Source of the DNA: Octopus sinensis
Taxonomy: Eukaryota
Assembly (NCBI RefSeq): GCF_006345805.1
Contig: NW_021832651.1
Location: 1 to 31,269 of the forward strand
Length of the DNA stretch: 31,269 bases
Direction: 5' to 3'
The translations under genes were made by a program, and so were the position numbers. The notes under the pieces are model-generated. The model worked only from the letters and a program-made list of their open reading frames with translations, searched no databases and was not told the DNA's origin. This document shows positions 10,651 through 21,455 of the stretch, in pieces (the first letter of the stretch is position 1; each line of letters starts with the position of its first letter).

Positions 10651-11729
10651 CTTAGAATGTGGAATGTTCGTATCAACTAACACAGACTACGGCATCATAA
10701 TACAGGCCACGAAGCGGTGATAGGGGCAAAGCGTATCCAAGAGAAGTCGGTGGGCCTGCAAATCGGCAGGTGGAGAGGCAGACCCATACCAACCGACAGT
10801 TTGTAGGGCGCTAGACGGAATGACAGGTTAAACTGCTTGGATTCTGGTTTGCTTTGACCTCGGGGTGGACAACATGTGTGGAGGTGACGAACAGGATAGT
10901 CGATCTCACCCAGAAGTTGGCAGAGAGGAAGCTGTTCGTGAAGGGTCGAGTCGAAGTGGCGAATGCGTACATCCCTTCCGTCATCTATGACTTCTGAATG
11001 TAGTCCCATGCCCGTAAAGTTAGAGCGTTGTTATTCCGCTTTCTAAAGAAGGGATGTGTTCCGCGCATCAGACGGTCCATCTGCTGTCAAAACTCTCAGT
11101 TAGAGTACTGGACATGTCGTTGCTAATGATTCGCAGACCTACGCTGAGACTGCGACATCTCCTTCGTTTCTTTAGCGGTGAGAATAGGGGATTGACTGTT
11201 TGTGAAGTGGGCACCTTTCCGCAGCTCGTCTCACTGATGAAGCTACAGTCTGAGTCAAGCGTTGGCCAAGAAAGGGCGCTTGGCACCTGGAATGTCGGCA
11301 AGCTTTCACAGCTTTCTGCCAGTCGGCAACGCGGGCGTTGATAGTTCCAACATGGATTTCTATAGGGGGATTAGTAGAGGGGAAAAACAACGACAAAATC
11401 GGGGTAAATTCTGGGCGAGGTGGAGGGAATCAACTAACTGGTCTTTAACTTCTAGGAATCCCTGGCCTGGCAGTGCCCTGGAAGCTCTGCCGATTCAAGA
11501 CAAGCTCTACAGATACGAAAGTGTTGTCGGACGGATATGTCGGGGGTGGTGCAGGCCGAGGAAATAGTCCTGCATGCACTCATCCGTCCAGTTACGAGCC
11601 GAGTTCATTGTAAAGATCGCCCCGCCACCTTCTTTAGCCGGGAATGAAAAGCGTTTCTTCTGCCCGGTGGCTAAAGAGGTAGAGTGGTGGACGAGACTGA
11701 AAACATTGAAGACTAAACCTTCTTCACAG
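10651..11729 (+). mobile_element. Tx1/L1-clade RT/thumb relic (T3), copy A
   Basis: KSVGLQIGRWRG...VKLLG.WF...KLAERKLFVKGRVEVANAYI.SVIY...KLERLLFRFL.KG.VP.IRRSICCQ...LRLRHL...LPIQDKLYR. The B copy begins with a decayed YADD region (VSANTDCVIII). Confidence 0.8.
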
Positions 11730-12094
11730 AAAAATTTGTCATTTAAAATTATCATTTAATATTATCATTAATATTCACTTCAGGTTTATATTAAAGAAAT
11801 TTATAGGCATGGTTATGTATTTCATTGCATCACACACAAACACACACAGACACACACACACACGCACACAGACCACACACAGATACTGGAAGACAATTAG
11901 TTTTTTTCAATTTCCTTTTTATCTTTCACTTTTTGCAGAAGGCATCAAGAATACTGGAGACTTCTCAGATACAAATACATTAAACAGTGTAGAGCCCCTG
12001 CATGTCTTCCTCTCCCTCTTCCCCTCACTCCATGAAAATAGGACATCAAACTATTGAATGTTTTGGGTACAGATGAGCTCTCTTCTCTCTCTCT

Positions 12095-12259
12095 TTTTTA
12101 CTCTTTTACTTGTTTCTGTGATTTGAATGTGGCCGTGCTGGAGCACCATCTAGTCGAGTAAATCGACCCCAGGACTTATTTTGTAAGCCTAGTACTTATT
12201 CTGTCGGTCTCTTTTTGCCGAAACGCTAAGTTACAGGGACGTAAACACACCAGCATCGG
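12095..12259 (-). mobile_element. SINE-B, head removed by the unit B deletion
   Basis: Matches 1926-2090, then jumps into T2 sequence at ATCGG 12255-12259. Confidence 0.85.
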
Positions 12260-13235
12260 GGGGCACTGCCGGATCGAGATAAACTCTACAAGCACGGAAG
12301 TGCTGTTCTGACCGACCTACCCGAGAGGTGCGCAGAGCGATGAAAGCGTTCTGCACGCACTCGTCCAGTGTCCTTGCATTACTGACATGTGGAGTTATGT
12401 TTGAACATCTGTTATCACGTGTAGGGTTGTTCTATCTATCGCCGCCGAGTCCGTAGTGAAGATCGCTCAGCCGCTTTCCATCATTCCGGAAGGTGACACA
12501 ATTTACTTCGATTCTTATAACAGTAGCGAAGAGGCTGTATTGTGGATCAGGTTAAAAGGACTAAAGGCAGAGACTTTTCTCTACGGCCAATCACTCGTCA
12601 ACTTTCTCAATTTCCTTTGGGAAAGGAAGATGAGGGTGCAGAGTGAAGTGCCGCCTCCCAGTACGTTTGCCAAAAGGTGGATGAAATAGCGAAAATGGTA
12701 CGTGTGAGTGGACCTACACTAATAACGCACCTGTGGCTAATGAATTTGAGAGGGAGGAGAGTGCTCTTCCCAGATGCTCTCGAAGCGTCGAGTGGTTCAG
12801 GATTGGGGTGTGGGTACCTGATCCAACTCCAGGGGATTTCCTGCACCTATTACGAACTTTCATTGTTATATTCTTTTGTCGGATATCATTGTTTATTCTT
12901 TTAAACTGTGTATCGTTGTCTCAGCGTTAAATCTCCACTGTCCATGGTCTACTGTATCCTGTTTCTTTACTACCCACAAGGGGTAAACACAGAGAGGACA
13001 AACAAGGACAGACCAACGGATTAAGTTGATTATATCGACCACAGTGCGTAACTGGTACTTCTTTAATCGACCCCGAAAGAGATGAAGGCAAAGTCGACCT
13101 CGGAGGAATTTGAACTCAGAAGGTAACGGCAGAAGAAATACCGCTAAGCATTTTCGCCCGACGTCCTGAAGATTTGCCAGCTCTCACCGCATTTTCTACT
13201 GTATCTTCTCCCATATGACTGCCCTATTGGCAAAG
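12255..13235 (+). mobile_element. Tx1 relic T2, copy B
   Basis: ORF 12456..12689 is near-identical to 9283..9633; zinc-knuckle region reads RCAQSDESVLHALVQCP; same 3' end before (TAA)n. Confidence 0.82.
12959..13194 (-). mobile_element. SINE-A, copy B
   Basis: Perfect TSD TCTACTGTATC at 12948-12958 and 13195-13205. Confidence 0.88.
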
Positions 13236-13250
13236 ATAATAAAATAATAA

Positions 13251-13292
<42 letters not shown>

Positions 13293-13298
13293 TAATAT
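13236..13298. repeat. (TAA)n tract, left flank of Dong-1(+)
   Basis: Directly visible. Confidence 0.92.
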
Positions 13299-13299
13299 A

Positions 13300-15186
13300 G
13301 TAGCACCAACAATCATAAAATTCATAGAGCACTCTATGAATAAATGGCAAACAGTCCTACATCTCCAAACCAAAGAGGGACTCATGAAAACCAAAGAATC
13401 CCCATCAGAAGAGGAATATTCCAGGGAGACCCGCCTCTCCACCCCTTTTTCTGCTTGGCACTGTCCCCTCTATCTGATGGCTAAATAGAACTGGATGCGG
13501 ATATAAATGTTACGGCAAAACGATCAGCCACCTTTATATATGGATGACCTAAAACTATACGCTGCAAATGACAAACAGCTGGAAACACTATTAAAGACAG
13601 TTCATGGATTTACCAAAGAATAGATATGAAATTTGGATTAGAAAAATGCGCCAAAGTAACCATGAAAAGAGGAAAAACTAGTTAAGAGTAACAACATCAC
13701 ACTAGATAAAAACCAATGAAATAAAAGGATTAGACCAAAGCCAAACTTACAAATACTTAGGAATCCATGAACTAGATAAGACACAACACACACAAATGAA
13801 AGAGAAATAAAAAAAAGAATATTATAGACGAGTTAGATCAAACTAAAACAGAGCTCAATGCTAAAAACAAGATAATAGGTATCAACACTTTAGCTGTCCC
13901 AGTTATAAGTTACAGCTACAATATCCTTAACTGGACACGAAATGAACTGTCCAAAATAGATAGGAAAACAAGAAAAATACTGACAGGATCTAGGATGCAT
14001 CACCCAAAATCTGACATAGAAAGACTATATATACAACGTATAGAAGGTGGTAGAGGCCTTATACAGCTGGAAAACTACTATAAAATATCACCATAGGACT
14101 GCAAAAAATACCTAATTCAGAAGGAAGGAAAACTGATCCAGATAGCAGCAAAAAACACGAGCAAAACAAAAACTGTTCTCAGTATTAAGGAGCTGACAAA
14201 TACAAACAAGAAATCATACCACCTAATAAACACGAAGAAGAAGAAGAAGAAGATGATGAAGAAACAACAAAGCTATAAAACAAATGAAATCCAACTAAAA
14301 ATAGAACAGCAACGAACCATGATAAAACGATGGCAAGAAAAGCCCCTTCATGGTAAATACTGCACTAAACTAAACGCGCAAAGAAATAGACAAAGAAAGA
14401 TCCAGCAATGGTTGAGAAGCTCAGGACTCAAAGCAGAAACAGAGGGATTTTTAATTGCAGCACAAGACCAAAGCCTCCCCACCAGAAATTACCAAAAACA
14501 TGTAATGAAAAGAAATATTACAAGTAACTGCAGAATATGGGAGATGGACAAGAAAAACAATAAATCATATTATCTCTAGCTGCCAGTCCTGGCTAAGAAG
14601 GAATATATTCACAGACATGACAGAGTTGGAACCTACACACTGGAAGCTATGCCAACATTATGGAATAACAACAGAAAAAGATGGTATAGGCACACACCAG
14701 AAAAGGTTACAGAAAACGAGAAAGCAACAATACTCGGGATATGCCGATACACACAGATAGAGAAATTAAGGCCAACAGACCAGATAGTTGTCAGAGATCA
14801 TGAAGAAAAAATGCTTTTCAATTGATGTATCAATACCGGCAGAGATGACAACGTGTCTCTAAAAAAGAAATGGAGAAACTCTCAAAATACAAAGACCTGG
14901 AAATAGAGGTAACTAGAATGTGGAATCTGAAAACAGAAACAATTCCTATCATAGTAGGTGCATTAGGCATGATAAAAAAATATTCAGACAAATACATAAC
15001 AAAAAACACAGGATACAAACACATATATCATACAGAAAATTGCACTACTAGGCACTGCACAATCCTACGCAGAGCACTTTCACTACAATAACCATCAGAG
15101 CATCACAACAAATCACAGCACATACCCAAGGCACACAGAGCTGCGTCGGAGTGAAGTGAAAGCACGCTATAAAATAAAACTACTGA
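13300..15186 (+). mobile_element. R4/Dong-clade non-LTR retrotransposon (RT plus restriction-like endonuclease), family 1, 5'-truncated
   Basis: With frameshifts corrected: RRGIFQGD, YMDDLKLYA (YMDD 13537-13548), KFGLEKCA, YKYLGI, GGRGL, AETEGFLIAAQDQSL, CRI..HIISSC (CCHC), HRHDRVG, RPDIVV, EKLSKYKDL, IVGALG. Stop at 15091; short 3' UTR; TAA tracts on both sides. Confidence 0.92.
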
Positions 15187-15245
15187 ATAATAATAATAAT
15201 ATTAATAATAACAAAAATAATAATAATAAATAATAATAAATAATA

Positions 15246-15298
<53 letters not shown>

Positions 15299-15422
15299 TG
15301 ATGATGTAGAGATAATAATACTAATATTAATAATATAGTAATAATAATAATAATAATAATAATATAAATAATAAATAATAATAATAATTTTATTATTATT
15401 ATATAATTATTATTATTATTAA
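15187..15422. repeat. (TAA)n>(TTA)n spacer between tail-to-tail Dong-1 copies
   Basis: TAA to ~15388, then TTA to 15422. Confidence 0.93.
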
Positions 15423-16466
15423 TCAGTAGTTTTATTTTTATATCGTGCTTTCACTTCACTACCGAGCGCAGCTGTGTGCCTTGGGTATGTTGGTGATTTT
15501 TTGTGATGCTCTGATGGTTATTGTATGGAAAGTGTTCTGCGTAGGATGTGGGCAGTGCCTAGTAGTGCAATTTCTGTTATGTTATATGTGTTGTAAGTCC
15601 TGGTGTTTTTGTATGTATTTGTCTGAATATTTTTTATCATGCCTAATGCACCTACTATGATAGGATTGTTTCTGTTTTCAGATTCCACATTTAGTTACTC
15701 TATTTCTCAGGTCTTTGTTTTTTGAAAGTTTCTCCATTTCTTTTAGAGACACGTTGTCATCTGCGGTATTGATACATCAATCAGAAAGCATTTTATTCTT
15801 CATGATCTCTGACAACTATATCTGGTTGTTGGCCTTAATTTCTCTATATGTGTGTATCGGCATATCCCAGAGTATGGTTGCTTTCTCGTTTCTGTGACCT
15901 TTTTGGTGTGTGCCTATACCATCTTTTTCTGTTGTTATTCCATAAGTTGGCATAGCTTCCAATGTATGTAGGTTCCACTCTGTCATGTCTGTGATATATT
16001 CCTTCTTAGCCAGACTGGACAGCTAGAGATAATATGATTTATGTTCTTGTCCATCTCCACATATTCTGCAGTTACTTGTAATATTTCTTTTCATTATATG
16101 TTTTGGTTAATTTCTGGTGGGGAGCTTTGGTCTTGTGCTGCAATTAAAAATCCCTCTGTTTCTGCTTTGAGTCCTGAGCTTCTCAACCATTGCTGGGATT
16201 TTTTCTTTGTCTATTTCTTTTGCGTTTAGGTTAGTCCAGTATTTACCATGAAGGGGCTTTTCTTGCATCGTTTTATCATGGATCGTTGCTGTTCTTTTTA
16301 GTTTGGATTTCATTTGTTTTAGCTATTGTTGTTTCTTCATCTTCTCTTCTTCATGTTTATTAGGTGGTATGATTCCTGTTTGTATTTGTCAGCTTCCTTA
16401 AATAAGAACAGTTTTTGTTTGCTCGTGTTTTGCCGCTATCTGGATCAGTTTTCCTTCCTTCTGAAG
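15423..16466 (-). mobile_element. R4/Dong family 1, second copy, more truncated at the 5' end, inverted
   Basis: Reverse complement of 14116-15186; differs in the length of the internal GAA tract; flanked by TTA tracts. Confidence 0.92.
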
Positions 16467-16469
16467 TAG

Positions 16470-16668
16470 ATATTATTTATTATTATTATATAGTATTATA
16501 CTCATTATCATTATTATTATTATATAATTATTATTATAGTATTATTATTCGTATTATTATATTATAATTATTATTATTATTATTAATAGTATTATTATTA
16601 TTATTACTATTTATTATTTGATTTATATTAGATTATTATTTACAATTATTATTGATTATTATTATTAT
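16470..16668. repeat. Degenerate (TTA)n tract
   Basis: Directly visible; separates two minus-strand elements. Confidence 0.92.
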
Positions 16669-19600
16669 ATGTTCATTTACTTTAATCTGCATGTTGATGC
16701 AATCACTTGCCGGAGCCCACCCAGCGCCCTAGGGCAAGTGAAGGGTTAAGAAGTTTTGGAAGAGTGTTGTGGAAATAGTGAAAGCTTGGGGAGGGGAAGT
16801 AGAGATATATCTCCATGTAATGGCAAACACCAACATTTACATTGATAGGGTTTTCTAAGGATGTGGGCAGTATTGTTAGCACAATCTTTTGGATTCCTTG
16901 AGACATGGTTCCAGGGAGATTGGTTAGGTGTTTCTGACATCCCTTTTTTATCATACCTAGGGCACCTACAATAACAGGAACGTTTTGTTTTTAAGATCCA
17001 CATCCTCTGTATTTCGATTTCCAGGTCCTTATATTTACTAAGTTTGTCAAATTCCTTGACAGATACATTTTTATCAGGGGGGGACGCTACTTCTATTAGT
17101 CTGCAGGTATTTCTTCCTGTCTTTCACAATTATGTCTGGTCGATTAGCCTTGATCGTTCTGTCAGTGTTGACTGGGAAAATCCCAGAGGTGGTGACATCT
17201 TTACCTTCAACAACTGGCTGAGGATGGGGTGTTCATACCAGTAGCAGGAGTGGTCGGATTTGTAGTGTTACATATCTTCCAATGTATATAAGTCCTACCC
17301 TATCGTGGCGATTTTTGTATTCGTTTGGTGTCAGCACAGGACATCCGAAACGAGATGGTCTATTGTTTCGTCAAATGTGTCACAGAATCTGCATTTAGGG
17401 TCAGTACCGTTTCGGGAGAACGTTAGCCTGGTAATTTCTGGTAAACAAGCTTTGATCGTGCTGCCATTATGAAGCCTTCAGTCTCTGCTTTCAATCCAGA
17501 GCTCTTGCCACTGATGGGTTGTTGCTGGTCTACATCAGCATTTTGGCTTCGGAGAATATATTGTCCATGCAGGGCTTCTGGCTCCACCGCCTCTCATTTG
17601 ATTCTGCCCGTTCTTTTTTGCAGTCTGCTTGATCGCTTTGCTTGCTTGGTAGCAGTGGTTCCAACTCTTCATCTGATTCAAGGTAACGTCTAGTTCCCTT
17701 TCGAACTTATAAGCTTCCTTGACAATAGAATGCAGCTTTTTGCTGCTTTCGTGTGTTCGCACACAAGTCGCAGCATCCAGTCCTTTGTACTAGATAGGTA
17801 CCTGTTCATTCCTACAGTAGAGGTCTTATAGCACAGCTCCAATTGCATCATTCCTCTCCCCCGCTGCTTCTAGGTAGGACAAGCGGTCTACATCTGCCTT
17901 AGGGTGGTGCATGCTCTTGGATGTCAGTAACTTTCTTGTCTTCCTGTCCAAGCGTTGGAGTTCCGTAAGGTTCCAGTTAATGATGTTAAAACTGTACTGG
18001 ACTATGGAAGTGCCAGGGTGTTAATGGCCTCAATAATTTTTGGAGTTGAGTTCAGTCTTCAGTACAAGCCTTATTCTCCTATAATATTCCTTTCTTATCT
18101 TTTCTTCATAGTAGCATGATGTATACCATCTCCTTCGTTGATTCCTAGGTATTTGTAACTTTCGTGGGTCAAGTTCCTTGATGGTAGTGTCAATATCTAA
18201 TTTAACAGAAGCTGTTTGCCTGAGCTTGCCTCTTACAAAAGTTGCTTTAGCACACTTATCAAGGCCAAAATCATCCCGATATCATTGCTAAACTCTTTAA
18301 CAGTGTTAGCAGCCCTTCTAGCTCTTGGTCATCCTGGCAAACAGCTTTAGGTCGTCCATATAGAAAAGGTGTGTTTATTAACTTACTAAAAACTTTGTAC
18401 CCATATCTGGTACTATCCAATTCGTTTGAGAGTGGGATCAGTGCCATGCAAAAAAGTAATGGAGAGAGGGAGTCACCTTGAAAGATGCCTCGTTTGGTTG
18501 ATGCTATTGGACTGGCTCATCCCATTATATGGCTTAGAAAGAGACGTGTGTTCCACATGGTCATGCTATTCTCAAGAATTTGAGACGACAGGAGAGATCT
18601 TGTATATCTCAAGGGCCTTGAGTATCCATTTATGTGGGACACTGTCATACGTTTCCTGTAGTCTATCCATGCCATACTCTGTTTGTTTTTGCTCCGGCAA
18701 TTTCTACAATCATTCTGTTATGAGCATTGGTCTTTGCACCCATAAAGGTTTCTTTTACACCCTTTTTGAGCTTGTGGAAGGATAGAATTGTTCAAGGAAA
18801 GCGTACTTCTCTCCGTTATTATGGATGTGAGGATTTTGTAGGTGGTGTTGAGACAGTTATTGGCCGGTAATTCTTTGGGTTTTTTGTGTCTTCTGGTTTA
18901 GGTAATAGGTAGGTGGTTCCTTCAGTCAGCAAGCAGGTATTTGCTCTGGGTTCTGAGTGACATCAGACAGGATGCAGCGAGATGTTCGTGTACCTCCGTC
19001 AACAATTCAGCCAGAAGTTAGGGATCCGATCCAGTCCTGGGGTTTCCATTTATGAGCCTTCCTAAGGACACACCTTAGCTCCTCTATTCCTATTGCTTCC
19101 CATCTGTTCTTCAAGTTCATCCAGTCTCTCTTTCTCACGTTTCTATCCAGTCAGCCTCAGCATTAAACTCTTTTTCGTTGCTCCATACCTTCTTCCAGAA
19201 CTCCTCCACTTCCTCAATCTTAGGTGGATCTTCTATGTGTATTTTATTTTTGCCAATTCCCTATAAAATTCTTTGCATCTGTCTTAAAAAATTTATTTTG
19301 TCGATAAATTTGTTTCTTTTGTCATACCTTCTAAGCCGTTGAGGATTTCAACTGTATCCGTTGTTTCAACAGTTCCTTAGTTGCAGGGAGGTTATGAGAT
19401 CGTATTTATATTTTTGCTTGATTTTTCTAGCTTTTCTCGGCTTAATATCCACTCCTTAGCAAGCTCATCGAGAACTGAAACATCCGCCCGCAGAGATTCA
19501 ATCTCTTTTTGTATCGCTACTTTCCACTTAGGAGGTTCATTGACATGCCTGGCCTTTCTTTGTCATCTTAATACCTAGTTGGGTAGTTGCTACTTTAGCA

Positions 19601-20832
19601 GTTGAATAAATGAGATTATTTAAGGTTGTCAAATCATCCCCTATTTCTTAAGATCTGTCCTAGGCAACGTTATATGTCGTGATGTGTGTTGTCATTTCTT
19701 GTGCCATTTGAAAACTTTGGTAGTGGTTCTCTATTAACCATGTCAGTGAGCTCAATCTTGCCGAGTCTCTCATAATGTCCACTTTTGCTTCCATAATCTT
19801 TTCTCTATTATTCACCTCAAATTCTATGTCATATCTATTTTGGTTTTCTTGAGGAAGGTCTACGTTTCTCTCTTTTTCAAATCTCTCGTCTCGCTATTCT
19901 GGTTTAACTTCCCCATTGGGAAGTTGATTTGCCGCTTGTACACTGGCTTCTGTGCTACTGTACCTATTTCGTCTACATTGTTGCTGTTTTCTTTTGGTCT
20001 ACCATGAGCTATTAGTGTCCTAATTTTGTCAATTTCAGCGTCAGTTAGTCTTTTGTTTTTAATTATATCTCTGCGTACATTACTTAATTTATTTGCGTCT
20101 ATATATCTACGTACGTCATGCCTACTGAATTTCTCCATGAGATGTAGGTTGTACACTGAGGTTATTGTTTGGGTTTAGTTGGCTGTATAAAAAGCTTTCA
20201 ACACATCTCTATAGTCCTCTTGGTCCATTTTATACGTTTTGTTAGGTGGTGTTTTTGGTGGTGTCATACAAGTCCAGAGTTAGAAGTATTCTGGTTCTGG
20301 TCACTGGTAGATCGTCTTTTTGAGAGTTTGTTCCAGCAGCAAACTTTTCGACCCCAGTCTGGTTCCCTATGGGTAACGCGGTCCTGTTGTCCCGGGCGAT
20401 GAACCGATCCGGCATGATTTGGCTTGTTTTCATAAATGATTGACGGCGACATCAGAGGGGTCCATTTTTTCAGGGTCAACTTTTTGACAAGACGCCGTTT
20501 CTGTGGACGGTGACGTTAGAAGAAGGGAGTGTTTTGTACAGGGTCAATTTTGACAAGACACGCTTCTGAATTCTCCGAATTAATATATTGTTCATATCGA
20601 ACTCGCATAAGACTTACAGATCGAAATTCGCCTCTATTTCTTTTGGTAGTCATGTTTCCAGTGACTTTCTAATTCAGTGCCCAATTTGCTTTTTTTTTTG
20701 CGTTTGTTCGTGAAAAATCGCTTTGTTTTTGTTTTGTTTTCGCGCGTAACGTGGTTTTTCTTTCTGTGCGTACGTGTGAGCGCGTGCGTGTAAGCATTAT
20801 TATGCTTTAAAAAAATGTGTACATGTATGTAC
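16669..20832 (-). mobile_element. R4/Dong-clade retrotransposon, family 2, apparently full length (~4.2 kb)
   Basis: One frameshifted ORF region from ~20433 to the stop at ~16837: N-terminal YIDANKLSNVRRDIIKNKRLTDAEI, GIFQGDSLSP (~18462-18490), LFYMDDLKLFA (YMDD 18351-18362), KCRFCDTFDETIDHLVS (~17345-17400), RHDR, ANRPDIIV (17125-17148), DKLSKY, IVGALGMIKK. About 400 nt of 5' leader; TTA on both flanks. Confidence 0.92.
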
Positions 20833-20905
20833 ATTATATTATTATTATTATTATATTATTACTTTATTATATTATTATTATTATATTATTATAATTATTA
20901 TTATT
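20833..20905. repeat. (TTA)n tract, right flank of the Dong cluster
   Basis: Followed by TTGGAATTTTTTCCGGCTAAAC, matching the flank of the empty site in A (10293). Confidence 0.92.
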
Positions 20906-21254
20906 GGAATTTTTTCCGGCTAAACTTTTCACTCACTTCTTTACAATAAAATATGTCATTAATGCAATCGTTAATGTGATATTCCCTTCAGTTTTCATAT
21001 TAGCTTAGGCAGGGTTGTGTATCTAATTGCATCATACACACAGACACACACACGCACACTCAAAATCGTAACACATCACTCTCCTCTTTCCTTTCCCCTC
21101 TCTCTCTTCTATCACTCCTCTCCCCACTCTCTCATTTTAACTCTTCCACTTCCACCGCCAATCATATAATTGCTGACTGAAACTTTTCAAACGAAATAAT
21201 ATAATTAGAAATACAGATGCCAATATATTATAATATATATATAAAAACACTTTA

Positions 21255-21388
21255 ACTATTTTACTGTTTTCAGTCATTTGATTGCGGCCATGCTGGAGCA
21301 CCGCCTTTAGTGGAGCAAATCGACCCCGGGAATTATTATTTGTAAGCCCAGTACTTATTCTATCGGTCCATTTTGCCGAACCGCTAAA
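21255..21388 (-). mobile_element. SINE-B 3' fragment in a (TA)n tract, unit B only
   Basis: CAGTCATTTGATTGCGGCCATGCTGGAGCACCGCC...GCCGAACCGCTAA; absent from the matching positions 10612-10650 and 30950-30972. Confidence 0.82.
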
Positions 21389-21455
21389 TATATATATATA
21401 TATAGATATATATATATATATATATACATACTATATATATGTATATAGTGGTGTC

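Larger units (their letters stand above)
1570..11729. repeat. Tandem composite unit A (~10.2 kb)
   Basis: Collinear with 22518-31269 (e.g. 3421-3545 = 24387-24535; 6781-7520 = 26592-27320; 8820-9850 = 28560-29587) and with both ends of unit B. Confidence 0.92.

Noticed and set aside
20320-20420. Possible HDV-like ribozyme at the start of the Dong-2 ORF
   Set aside because: Only partial pairing (GGTTC/GAACC, a CGAA); P2 and P3 could not be built.
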